From assembly GCA_030295235.1 (NCBI GenBank), contig AP026147.1, forward strand, positions 186,001 to 250,000: a stretch of DNA of 64,000 nucleotides. Reading direction: 5' to 3'. The stretch is from Fistulifera solaris (Eukaryota). The position numbers and the translations under genes are program-made. The notes under the pieces are model-generated. The model made no database searches and was not told the DNA's origin. It was given only the letters and a program-made list of their open reading frames with translations. This document shows, one piece after another, positions 11,881 to 23,984 of the stretch. How positions within the stretch are numbered: the stretch's first letter is position 1; every line of letters begins with the position of its first letter.

Positions 11881-13102
11881 ATGAGGAATGACAATGGAAC
11901 AAGAATTACTCATAAAATGAACAAATTATCCAACTTATCTACCAATCAAAAACAAAGTCTGCACAATCGAAAACCAAATGCGACGGACGAAGAACGCATG
12001 GCACTGATTGCCTTTCTGACGCAACGCCACCAACTGGGCCGTGGCGCGATTTCCCTTCAAAAATCCCGGATCCAATGCCTTTGGATGGCAAGCGCGTGAA
12101 TCCGATCCTTCCGGAGTGGCGAGTGTCGCAAGAAGGGTCGATCGGGACGGAAACCGAAACACGGAAGTGAGGAACTGCAGAAATGACAAGAATTCTTGCC
12201 GCAACGTTGCGTGCCTCGCATTGCAAATTCCAAAATCGACATTGTGGCGGTTATTACAAAAAGAAAAAGAAACCTCACCAAGGTCGCTCGCCGCTACGAA
12301 CCAACGGGAGCGTTACGATTTCTGTCGATCGTTCGTCCAAGATAATAGCTGCTTTGATTCCATGATGAATGTCGTTCATTTGGATGTAATTTCGTGTTAT
12401 CGAATGAATGCTCAAGAAAACAAAACGTTCTACTTTTCGTCCGAGGAAGAGAAGTGTTTGAGGAAACCGAACTGCACAAAAACCACGTTCCTGACGGCGA
12501 TAGCACGTCCCCGCTACGATCACTTCAACTATAGAGCCTGGGACGGCAAGATTGGAATCTGGTCGTTTCTATTCATCGACAAGCATGCTATCTGTGAATT
12601 GATTCGAAAAGGCGTCATCCCTGCCATTGAAGACAACATGCCTCGATATAAAACCCACCGTATTACTCTTCAGTACGATCCGGCCCTTCAGTGTGCTTTG
12701 GAGGATGATAACTTTGTCTTGGAGGAAGCAGACTGGGCATTGGTACCGACCACCCAACAGCCCCGGTCTCAGTATTCTCACAGGCTCGCCGTTTTTCAAG
12801 TCCTTTTCGACGTTGCTGCAACACAATGTACCGGAATTTTCTGATGGTTTCATATCAGCGATCGAAAGTTTTTTCATGCCGTGCATTCGGAAACACTAAA
12901 TGAGTCTTTCTTATACTTGCAGATAGTGATGCAATCGATCATGAAATGCGGTGGAAATTATATTTATTCGACGGAGCACGTTGATGTGAATCTATTGCGG
13001 TCCAAGTATTTGGTGACGGAAAATCTCATGTGCGATCCGAGACTTTTAGGGCGTGTCAACGACGACGTTAAAATGTCTAGTGATGGGGATATGACTCTCT
13101 AG
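11881..13102 (+). mobile_element. Degenerate Tc1/mariner (DD39D-type) transposase-derived sequence
   Basis: IPKSTLWRLL HTH, VVHLD, FLTAIARPRYD..WDGKIGIW, PPNSPG (cf. PPNSPD) and LNESFLYLQ..IMKCGGN, spread over several frames; no TIRs found. Confidence 0.75.
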
Positions 13103-13526
13103 GAAAAGCTTATTGACAGTTGCGCCATTCTAGATCCTCAACTCACTCCGACTTGTAAAAGGACATATGAAACGAAACGATGCTGTGATGATTCACGCCG
13201 ATGATGAGATGAGTAAAGCTTTTACAACTCACCTGCTCTAGTTACTACGCAACCTTACCTGGTAGAGACTTAGTTACGAACGCCTGGGCCTATGGTAAGG
13301 TTAAGGGTAACCGTTACAACAAGGTGGCGCACACCGGTTTTCGTTCTACCTTTTGGTTCATTGTGGAGTACCGGTCTAACGACACCCAAAATTCGGGAAC
13401 AACCCAATCATTCAACACTCAACACACACACAACCGAACCGGGCCGTCATTGTTAAGGAATCATTCGTCTGTTCACAATACAACACGGCACGCACTTGCA
13501 GCTTCACAATACTACGCAGCAAAACA

Positions 13527-14617
13527 ATGGACACTCGTAATGTCGTTCGCTTCCTCCGGTCCTTGCAAAATGATCCGCCCTTTTACGAAGATTGCTACGA
13601 AGTACCCGTATGTGCTGCTTGTCACAATCGACCCGGTGTAGCCTGTTGCTCACACTGCCAGACAGCGTGGTACTGCAGCCGTCATTGCCGAAAAGCTCAT
13701 TATAACAAAGGACACAAACAGATTTGTTGTGTAATCGTGGAAGCGCAAAATCGCGTCAACCGAATGGCAATTCCACTGCGCCGGTTGTTTGAAACGCAAG
13801 TGGGAAATTTCATTTCATTTCGGGAAACACGTGCGTATTTGGAAGCCTGCTGCGATTTGATGGATCTTTATGTACAGGCAGCCCAGACTGCGGCATCCAA
13901 TGATGTCTGGGAAAAGGCACTCTTTATGCCTTGGAAGTACAGCGGTTGGAGGCAACGGGGTTAGTGGAGGTACGAAGCGTAAATCCGTTCCTCCTTTTGA
14001 ATTTACACCGGGATGATGATGCGTTTAATTTTATGCGATACTGGATGAAATCGCAGGGTACCTTGGAAGAAACGCGAGACTCATTGCTGCCGTTTCACGA
14101 AGGAACTCAGAAAGGCGACTGGATTTATCCACGCGAACCGAAGTGCCGCTTTCTGAACTTCTTTGAAACATGTCCGGATCGCAACGATCGAAACGTGCCG
14201 GTGGAATTCCTGGTGGCCCTCCTCATTATCAAGTGTCGCATTCTCGTAGCTATTGGTGCCACCTGCAAGTCTGCTAATCTTGCTTTAGGGTCCGTAAATG
14301 GGCAACGCATCCACGAGGTCCATAGCACAGTGACTGAAATGGTGATTGACGGTGAATTGGTGAATATTGAGAGCCAGCGCCAGCAAGCCGACCAACTGGT
14401 CGATGCGATTCACCGAGAGAACGCTATTATTCTTCCAGCAATCCTCAACCCGGCCCCGCTCTTGAATAGTGAACTCCCGCAGAGCGGTGCTCGAGCTGCG
14501 CAATGTGAGGAGGCTTTGAATGTGTTGATGTATTGCGCGCGCTGTCTTCTTCGTGTGTCTGGCGCAAAAGAAATGCTTGAACGGCGCTTCGGACACAATC
14601 CTTCGTATAGCGTGTAA
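13527..14617 (+). CDS. zf-MYND domain protein with helical C-terminal domain; frameshift at 13923-13925
   Basis: CAAC..CSHC..WYCSRHC..H..H..C MYND pattern; adding one T joins ORFs 13527..13964 and 13931..14617. Confidence 0.75.
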
Positions 14618-15121
14618 TTGAGACACGGATGTGACAAACGGAATGGAGTCGATTGAGAGATCGAAGAAAAAGATCTTTTTACGATAGTAGCCGCGCTTTC
14701 GTGTGTTTAAGAAGTTCATGGCGAACAAGATTGCTGAACCCTCATCAGTCCTAGCAACGAGAATCAGTCGAAGTGTCTATAGACTAGAAGCGTCTCATAA
14801 TTATAACGTAATTTGATGATCTGAAATCAACTACAATTCCGAGCACATTTATGCTACTACTGTACAACTACTCGGTTCGCATTCATTACCTTGCTTACTA
14901 AAAAACACGACAAATACCACTGCTCGATAGGCTCTCTTGTCGCGCATGCAGTTTGCGGTGGCACTGAGGCTCAGGAAATTCGCTGCAGCTTTGCTCAACC
15001 CCGTTGTAGTCCAGAACCAACGGAACGCATCTGTCGATTGTACTCTCGTTTGTTCTTCTCATGTAATTGTCGAGTCTAGCCCGATGTATGAAAGTTGACT
15101 CAGTATCTCGCATCCAATAGG

Positions 15122-17729
15122 CTACCCTTCTTTCTGTTCCTCAAATTGCCGAAAGAGTCGACGGAACTCTTCAAAACTAACTTGACCATCTTCATCAACA
15201 TCGACAAACTTCAGCAAAGCCACAATTTCTTCTATCGGAAAGTTGGGATCCATGCGGTGCATCAGTTGGCGCACTTCATCCAAATTCAAAGACCCAGACT
15301 TATCCGCATCAGATTCGTGAAAGGCTTTTACCAAGTCATCATCGGTGAGGCCACGCTTCTTCGAAAGTGAGTACGCTTTGACGGCTTTCTTGAACAATCG
15401 CTTTCGACAAATATTTCGAAACGAAGCAGCCATTTCCGGTGTCGACTCGGCTACAGCCAGAAAGTCTTCGGCCTGCATTTCGGATAGTCGACAAACATCT
15501 GAAACGCACTCAACAGTCGATCTTTCAAGACAACGATAATGTCAGCACAAGAGACGCTCTCATTACAAACACCACACGCCTTGTTTACCTACGATCGAGG
15601 TCTTTTGAATAGTAGCGATGACTCGCCAAACGAGTCTCCTGGAAAATACTTGTGAACTAAGGTCCCGTTATGCGATACATGCAATTCGCCTCCATCTTCA
15701 TCATCAACTCGAAACATGGATGTTCCAGGGTCGCCTTCTTTATATACAATCTCTCCTTTCGTATAGGTTCGAGGGATAATGTTCTTTTGTAAGCGGAGCA
15801 GATTCTTGGCATATTGAAGTTGCCGTCCACGCCACCGAACTTTCAAGTCATTCTTCACTTTAGAACTGGTGGTTAAATACCGATCAAAATCTTCTCGCTT
15901 GATTTCTATAACGTCTACAGGTGTAGCGCATTTAGCGGAAGTAAAACGACCCCGATGTTCTTCCAAAAGACTCCCTTCGCCGAAAAAATCACCCGATCGA
16001 AGAATGGAAACCAGCTGCCCTTTTCTTGTTTGAATTTCAACCTTTCCCGAGCTTAGAAAATACATTGAATCCCCATCGTCACCAGCGTGAAAAATGTAAT
16101 GGCCACGAGGGAAATGTTTTTGGTGCAAACCAGAAAAGAGCTTGTTGAATTGAGACAAAGACAGATTCGATGCCGCCGAGGATATGTCGCCACTTTGCGT
16201 GGCCAAAAATTCCTTCGTATCGCTCGATGATATGAGAGTACCTGTCCGTTCGCTGGCAATGCGACTCAAATCATCCGAAGTGACGAATCCTCGTCCTTCA
16301 GCATCAAAAATGGCAAATGCTCTTTGCATGATATTATGGGTACCTTTGCTGTCTCTCCGATCATCCGAATCGTCGTGCTTCGACCGAGCTTCCGACATGG
16401 TGGCCCCTTCATTTCCTTGACTTACGAGGACGGCAAACATACCCGCTTCCAATTTGGACCGAAGGTCTTTGAAGCGTGACAACTTTTGTCGGAATCTTGA
16501 ATCTTTTCTTTCAACGCGGTTTCTCCCCGAACCCACGGGTGTTGAAGCATTTCGTACGCAGTCAATCTCTTGTTCGGATCTTTCTCCATGAGCTTTTTTA
16601 TCAGATCGATGGCGGATTCGGATAGGTGACCGACCAAATGATGATCCAAGGGAGGGGATGGATCTGCTTTGATTCGTTCTTCGATTTCTTCATCGGTCGA
16701 CAAACCTCGTAAATCAAAGGGATGTACACCGGTTAACATAATGTACAGAATGACTCCGACCGACCACATATCCATAGCGGGTGTCGCTTCTCCGTCATTG
16801 CCGAACCTTTCTTTCGGCCAGTACGCTGTGGTGCCGGTCGAAGCCGCCGAAGATGTCGTGCTGGTGGTAGCCTGTTCCGTACTACTTTTGGAATGATCCA
16901 ATTCATCATCCTTAATTTGTGCGCAACCAAAATCAATCATTTTGATGGTCCCATCGAGTCTGTTTTTGGTCGAAAGCAACAAATTTTCCGGCTTGAGATC
17001 GGCATGTACTACCCCGACGCCATGCAAAAACGCCAATGCACTGGCCACTTCTTGGATCAATCGTGCGGCATCCGCTTCCGAATACGCCCCAAAATGAATC
17101 AAATGCTCAAACATTTCTCCTCCCGACACCAGATCCAATATGAGGTAAAAATAACTGTGATCTTCGTACATATCCCGCAACCCCGAAATATTCGGATGCC
17201 CCCCATTGTCGTAAATCCGCAACAGGGCATCCGTTTCCGTCTTGAATCCCGACGAATTGGTATACCGCCGGGAAATCTTTTTGAGGGCAACTTTTTCTCC
17301 CGTCGCGGCAACCCGGGCTGGATAGACCATCCCGTACGCTCCTTCTCCCAACACAGTATCCCAATCGATCGTATACTTTTCGGTCAATCCCCGTCCTTTC
17401 ATCGACCGCATCCGATGCAACATAACATTCCGGGGTTCCTTGCGGGGTTCACAGGACGAAGTGGGTAACGGAGGTACAGGATACGGTTCTTCCAAGGCGG
17501 CATTGCGGGCCTCGGACCACGCGTAAGGCCGACTGGCGTAATACACACTGGCTCCGGCCACGACGAGACTGGCGGTATAGAACAGAGATGAATGACTAGT
17601 GTTTTCTGTGCCGTGTGACGAAAGAATCGACATGCATCGGAGTGATCGCACTTTTGATGATGATTGTTGGCTCGAGAGGGAAACGAATCTTGCACGCACA
17701 ACTTGTCGTAATGCCAACATGCGACTCAT
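15122..17729 (-). CDS. CaMK/CDPK-like protein kinase with EF-hands and two cNMP-binding domains (intron 15522-15592; frameshift at 16484-16487)
   Basis: GEGAYG, VALK, HADLKPEN, DFG; EF loop DAEGRGFVTSDD; two GD(F/S)FGE-SLL-R cNMP cassettes; EF pair DADKSGSLNLDE and DVDEDGQVSFEE. Confidence 0.85.
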
Positions 17730-18305
17730 GACGTTTGCCAAACAAAAAAGTAAAGCTCTCTTATCTCTCTTTCGTCTTGTTTCTATTGTTATATCAACAG
17801 GTGATTTGCTAAACGAAAGCTTTTCAAAAATATAATGGGCCACCGAATAGTTTCGAAAAGCTTTTCCCTCTTGCCATCAAACACACTCTTCCTCTACTCG
17901 TAATTTTCGCCGTCCAAAAAGGCCGATAATTCATTCGTTTTTACTATGAAATAGAGTGTAGGAGCATGCGCCTTTCGCGCTTTTTCAAACGCGGGATCGT
18001 CGTCGTAGTGTTACTCGGAGTATATCAGATAGTGTACCTGGTAAGTGAGGGGAATTTCTCCACGCGTCATTTCCATCGCGCGACTGAATCCGGGACTGGG
18101 AATTCGTTGAGCTGCTGAACTTATAAAGAGAGAAAAGAGGCAAGGACCATGCAGCTAGGGTCTATAGCTCGTTTAGCCGCTAGCAATGAGAACAATGACG
18201 CGTCAGGTCTAGTTTTGAGTCCAGCACGTGCAAAAATCATCAATCAAACTGTTATTGTTTGATCTGTTTACATATTATATCCGCCTTAACCTCGTTTCCT
18301 GCTCC

Positions 18306-19014
18306 TCAGGTCCAAACATTGTTGACATCGGCCGGAATCGTCACTGTAACGGGAGAATCATTGTCTATTTGCTGCAATAGATCCGGAGTCAGTCGAATTT
18401 GACAACCAAGTCGGGATTCCATATTGGGTTCATACGCTAAATCCAGCATGTCCAGTTCACCTTTATCGGGTGGAGGAACCAGCGAGAGTAGCTTCTCGTC
18501 TAAATACACGTGACACGTACAGCAACTATACTTCGAGTGTGAGAAAAGGAAACCCGTCCATAATCGCAAAACCCACGCCAACACGACCGACGCACCTTTT
18601 TTGCCCCCCACAAGTACCTTCCATGTATTCTCCTAACAATAGAGCCCCATCGGGAGATTTGGCGACATCCAATATGGAGTCACCGAGTCGCCAAGGAAGA
18701 TCGAATGCGCTTTTGTGGTGGGGGATACGAAAGTGGATCATTTTGAAAGGTCGATGGTTGCTGCGAGGACGATCGCGCTGTTCCAGTTTCACCGATTCGG
18801 CCAATGCTTTCAGACCTTCAATGCCAAAACTTTTCAAATGAGAGACTTCAATCTGTTTTCCGTAAACAGTCTGCAGAGCAACAAAGATACCGGCATGCAA
18901 GTTCTCGTCGATGCCGACTTGGTCTTTCAAAAAGGAACTGGCAGGATCGGTGCTCTGGCTCATCCATCGGTACCTCAGGAAAGACGGAGAAAATGTTCTC
19001 CGTATTCGATTCAT
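18306..19014 (-). CDS. Adrenodoxin-type 2Fe-2S ferredoxin, mitochondrial (intron 18526-18595)
   Basis: Spliced EGTCGGQKSCCTCHVY, ELDMLDLA and SRLGCQI; Arg-rich presequence. Confidence 0.88.
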
Positions 19015-19299
19015 GATAGATATATTGTTATGTCAGGGTATAATAGTGTGCCCATATCGTCCAATGAAGGGCATGGAAAAGCATTTATTGTGTGTTCTTT
19101 TTATTTCGCTTTTTGTTGTAAGACGCGTCGATGACGGTCAAAACGTGACTGATTTCGTTTTGCAATCGTGACAGAAGTACGGACCACCCGCGTCCAATGA
19201 ATAGACGTGATCATAGCAACCCTAGCTAGAATATTATTCGTTTCTCAATGTACCACTCTTAAAAAGAGGACCCCTCCGCATTACTATAGTGTTGGTTAA

Positions 19300-20853
19300 T
19301 TACGTGGCAATGCGTGTAAAAAAGCTCGTCAAATCCTTCTGGACGAGCGTATCATCATCGAATTTGGGTTTCAACTGTCGGAGTGTTTCCAGACGATAAA
19401 AATCCAAGATCATCAACCAACCATTCAATCGACGGAAATGCTCGTCCGCGGTATACCGATTCGTATACGTCGTGAGATAATCCAAGGGCGCTCCGAGCTT
19501 GTCACACAAACGGAACATAAAACTCATTTCGTCGCGGGTCCCGTATTCCTTGCCACCCTCTTCGTGGGAAACGGTCACTCCCAGCAACAGTATCCCGGAC
19601 GTGAACGCGAATATCGCGGCCTGTCCAATGGCGCAAGAACGCTGGGAATGGGCATCTTTCACCGAATTCAAGCCTTCCAAATGCTTGCGGAGTGCTTGCA
19701 ACGCACCGAAACTCGCCACGATCGCTTGATGGGACAGCGACGGATCTTTGGCGTCCTCGTCCAAGAGCTGAAACGTCTGCTTCAAAAGATCATCGAACGA
19801 AGCATACAAACAATTCCGGATGGCTTGTAGACTCAAATGCGCATTCATCGCACACGCCGCCGCATCGAGTTTTCCCGTTTCGCGATAAAAAGGAACCAGT
19901 TTCGCCACGATGGGAGCATCTTTCCAGTCCTTCATCATTTGTTCCGTGCGGTGTGCCATGTCGATTGGTTGGCGTGTCGATAACATAACTTGGACTTCTT
20001 CGGCGGCTCGCAACACATCCGAATCACGGAAATTGTTGTTTTGGACCAGTGACGTACACAATTCGGTCAGCTGTTTTTGCAGCGCTGGCGAGTCCGAACC
20101 TACTTTGGCAACAATGCGCAACAAATTCGTCAATCCCTGCTTATTTTGCGTACTCCAACCACTTTCGTGACGCCAATGACCCAGGATTTGAGTCATTTTT
20201 TCCATCGTGGGCCCGGAAAGGCCGTTCTGCAACAAAGCCTGCGTTGCTCCCACGCCAATCGCCCGCAGGTCTCCCAATCCGGCACTAATGGCGACACGAA
20301 AGAGCCATGGGAGTAAATCGATCGGTGGATTCGAAAGGTTTCGCAAGAACAGATTGAGATGGTGGGGATTCTCGGACACCCGAAAAACACAATTTTGCAG
20401 TGAAGGATTGGCCTCCGCCAGGGAACGCAAATCCTCTACGGCGTCCTTCACCGAACCGTAAAACGAAGACGTCACCTCAAACTGTTTCTGCGTACCAGCG
20501 TCTTCTTCGTACTTGCCTTTCATTTGTTCCAACATACGACAACGTCGTTTGCGTTCGGCCACCTCCAATACTTCCGATTCTTCCACTTCAAAGAATCCCG
20601 ATTGCGTGACATCCACTTTGCGTTTTTGTACTGTCGACGAAGTTTCTTGAATAAGTTGAAAGGCATGTTCCGCTTGTTCGACTTGTAGTTGTTTGATTAG
20701 TATTGATTCTTCGGCGTGACGTTTCGATTGTTGAATCAAAGCGGCAATGGCGTTCTGATTCTTTTGTTGCGTCAAGGTTTTCCGACGATCGCTGCTGCGA
20801 AAGACCGGAGTCGTCAATAACAAATCATCGTCACTGTCGTTGTCGTCAGACAT
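19300..20853 (-). CDS. Hypothetical helical protein with C-terminal PIP box
   Basis: Long uninterrupted ORF with an acidic N-terminus, ending QKDLTSFFTRIAT. Confidence 0.7.
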   Translation of the reverse strand: MSDDNDSDDDLLLTTPVFRSSDRRKTLTQQKNQNAIAALIQQSKRHAEESILIKQLQVEQAEHAFQLIQETSSTVQKRKVDVTQSGFFEVEESEVLEVAERKRRCRMLEQMKGKYEEDAGTQKQFEVTSSFYGSVKDAVEDLRSLAEANPSLQNCVFRVSENPHHLNLFLRNLSNPPIDLLPWLFRVAISAGLGDLRAIGVGATQALLQNGLSGPTMEKMTQILGHWRHESGWSTQNKQGLTNLLRIVAKVGSDSPALQKQLTELCTSLVQNNNFRDSDVLRAAEEVQVMLSTRQPIDMAHRTEQMMKDWKDAPIVAKLVPFYRETGKLDAAACAMNAHLSLQAIRNCLYASFDDLLKQTFQLLDEDAKDPSLSHQAIVASFGALQALRKHLEGLNSVKDAHSQRSCAIGQAAIFAFTSGILLLGVTVSHEEGGKEYGTRDEMSFMFRLCDKLGAPLDYLTTYTNRYTADEHFRRLNGWLMILDFYRLETLRQLKPKFDDDTLVQKDLTSFFTRIAT

Positions 20854-21328
20854 GATTGCGAGAAAGAGAAGATGAAAGGTGATCTTGAAAGGTTTCTTCA
20901 CAAATAATAAAATGAAGGAACGATGTTTTGTTGTGCTCGCATTTCTTTCATTCTTTTTTTCTTTTCATCGTTTGGAGGGAAATATTGTAGAGTGTCGCAC
21001 TGGGTTAATAATAACTAAGTACAAGACAACCTATTTGTCTGTTGAAGCGCGGGGGAGTTTTGGCTAAATTCAAAAATTCGAACTATACTGTAGGTGTGTA
21101 ACATTAGGCGGTACTTGATACATACTTACAAACTATGGTCCTTTCATCACACTGAAACCGAAAGTACTAGGCACGACTCGAAAAGGGACTGGAAGTGTCT
21201 TTTGGCTCGGAAGGAAGACGACGGCACGACGAATAATATAATCTTTTGCATTATTCGGAAGCCAATAACAACAAAAGCATTTCAAGCATTCTTTTTGCAC
21301 ACTCAACACACAATTCACTAACAACAAA

Positions 21329-23926
21329 AATGGAACACCCACAACAACGTTTGAAAAGTGCCCGCACGACGCATTGGACAAGTGCTCCGTCGCCCGCGAC
21401 CACCGTCGGACACGCTCTTTTGGCCGACACGGCAGACTATAGTGCCCTCGAACACGGCATTCCGGTCCTCAAAGTGACGCGTCGGGGACAATGGAAACCC
21501 CGCATTCTTACAATCAGCAAAGATCGATTTGCCCTCTTTGTCACGCATCAGACGATGGGACGCGGGAAGGGTGTCTTTTCGAAAATGGCCCGGTCGTTGC
21601 CCCTTCCTGTCCTAACAAGACAAGGCGTCGTCGGTTTTACGAATCGACAAACGTTGCGCGAACAATTTGTGCGATCGTTGGACGTTGCTGACTTGGATTT
21701 TGTCCAATGGGGGTGTATCGCGACACAAAAACTCGAAGGCGCTCGCAGTACCCAACGAAATGTTCACGAATTGGTGACGATTGGTCATTCCGGAAATCGT
21801 ACCCTCGATGTGTGGATTGCGAATGCGCAGCATCGTGCACTGTTAATTCAGTGTTTGCAACACATGATAGCGGCCTATCACGCCATCAAGGTGGCCGTCA
21901 GCAATGAAGCACTCTTGTTGCGGTATATTTGGTACGATGTCGATGTCGATCAAACGGGCGCCATTAGTGAATCGGAATTTTTGAAAATTTTGGCGCGCAT
22001 CAATTTCCATGTCAAACATCCTTTACAACACTATCGACAAGAGGCTGGCAATTCCGAATTGACGTATCCACAAGTCATGACATTGTTGCAGAAATTGAAA
22101 CAAGGCGGCATGGCGAATTCCATATGGAATCAAGTCTTTGGTTCCGAGTCCGAGTGGGTCTCGTCACAAGACTTTCTCCAGAAATTTGTGCATACCCACC
22201 AGGGAGAGCATCACACGTCCATAGATGATGTCGAACGACTCTTTTCCTTTCTCAATCAGGTTGAAACCAATTTGGATCAGAAACCGCGTCAAATGGATGG
22301 AGCCGCCATGATCCATCGTCAACGCTTTGCCGTGTATTTGCATCACGAACTCAACCATGCCTATGATCCGTACATGTTGCATTGTACGGACGAGTCGTTG
22401 CTCCAGTTCCCGCTATCGCACTATTGGATCAATACCAGTCACAATACGTATTTGACCGGAGATCAATTGCAATCGATCAGTTCGGTGGAAATGTATATGA
22501 AGGCATTGCGGAAAGGGTGCAAATGTGTCGAATTGGATTGCTGGGATGGCGACAATAAGGATGGCAGTTGTCGTGCCGTCGTGTATCATGGGATGACCTT
22601 GACGTCCAAAGTGTGGTTTGCGGATATTCTTCGCGTCGTTAATTGTTACGTAGACCATCATCCCCACACACTGCCCATTATTCTGTCTCTCGAGAATCAT
22701 TGCTCGCATGCCTTTCAGAAACAAATGGCGGCCGACTTGAAATCGATTTTGGGAGATAAACTGTTTGTCCCCCAAGAAGCCGATTACAACGTGCAACTTC
22801 CGTCTCCGGCAAGTTTACGAGGCAAGATTGTCCTCAAAGGCAAACGTCCTCCGGAACCCGACGATGCCCCGGATGACGAAGACGAGGATCCGTACGGAGC
22901 CATGCCACCCAAATCGGCCACGCCGTCCCAAGAAGAGATTGTCAAAAAGGCAAACCACCGAAAGTGGTCAAAGAATTGGCATCCTTGACCTTATTCCATG
23001 GCACCAAATACAAAGAATTCAACAAATCCATTGCCGAACCCTGCAGTCACATGCATTCCATCAGTGAACCCAAAATTTACAAATTGGTCCAGAAACGCGC
23101 CTCGCCACAATGGCGGGAATACAACGTTTCGCACATGACCCGGACGTATCCGGCCGGCGCGCGGGTCGATTCGTCCAACTACAATCCCGTATTGGCGTGG
23201 GCGGTGGGATGTCAATTGGTCGCCCTGAATTTTCAAACGGCCGATACGGCGTTGGCGTTGAACGATGGACTGTTTGCGCAGCAGGGAAATTGTGGTTATA
23301 TTCTCAAACCAAAGTCGGTCTTGTTGCAGACATCGTCGGAGACTAAGGACGAACGATCGGAGACTACGGAGGCTGTCCAGTTTGCCGATGAGAATCAACA
23401 CAGGGATCCATCTGATGCGAAGGATTCCGTAATGGCAGTGTTGCACAGTTACCAGCAGTTGACGCGCCAACCCTATCCCGCCTTGAAACAGGGACCATTC
23501 AAGATTGGCATTCGCATTTTGAGTGGAAGCTGTTTGCCCAAACCCCGGGGTGCCAAGATCGGGGAAAGCATAGATCCGTACGTGACCGTGACCGTCCATG
23601 ACGTCCAAGAGAAAACTGATGGAATGTTCGTGCCGGTGCTTACCACGCACACTTCTTCGGCCGTCCCCGACAATGGATTCTGCCCCCAATGGAACGAACC
23701 ACGCGACACGGAATTTGTGATCCACAATCCCGACGTGGCGTTGTTGCATTTTTCGTTGATTGAAGAAGACATTGGTTTGGATGACAAAGTCGGTGACGCC
23801 GTCATTCCCGTGCGATGTCTCCGTTTCGGATACCGCTCCCTATTATTGCACGATCGGCATGCCATCGCACGCAGTGGTCCCTTTGCGTTTGCCACGCTGT
23901 TGGTACACATTGTTATGAAAGAATGA
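21329..23926 (+). CDS. Phosphoinositide-specific phospholipase C (PH-like, EF, X, Y, C2); frameshift near 22944-22954
   Basis: HYWINTSHNTYLTGDQL, CVELDCWDG, PIILSLENHC, RTYPAGARVDSSNYNP, VALNFQT and a C2 domain with DPYV. Confidence 0.93.
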
Positions 23927-23984
23927 TACAGTAATAGTTGATATATGTGTTTTCGAATAGGGCTAGCACTAAAAGAACTTTAGA

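Noticed and set aside
11760..13320. Terminal inverted repeats/TA target duplication for the mariner element
   Set aside because: No matching termini found by eye.
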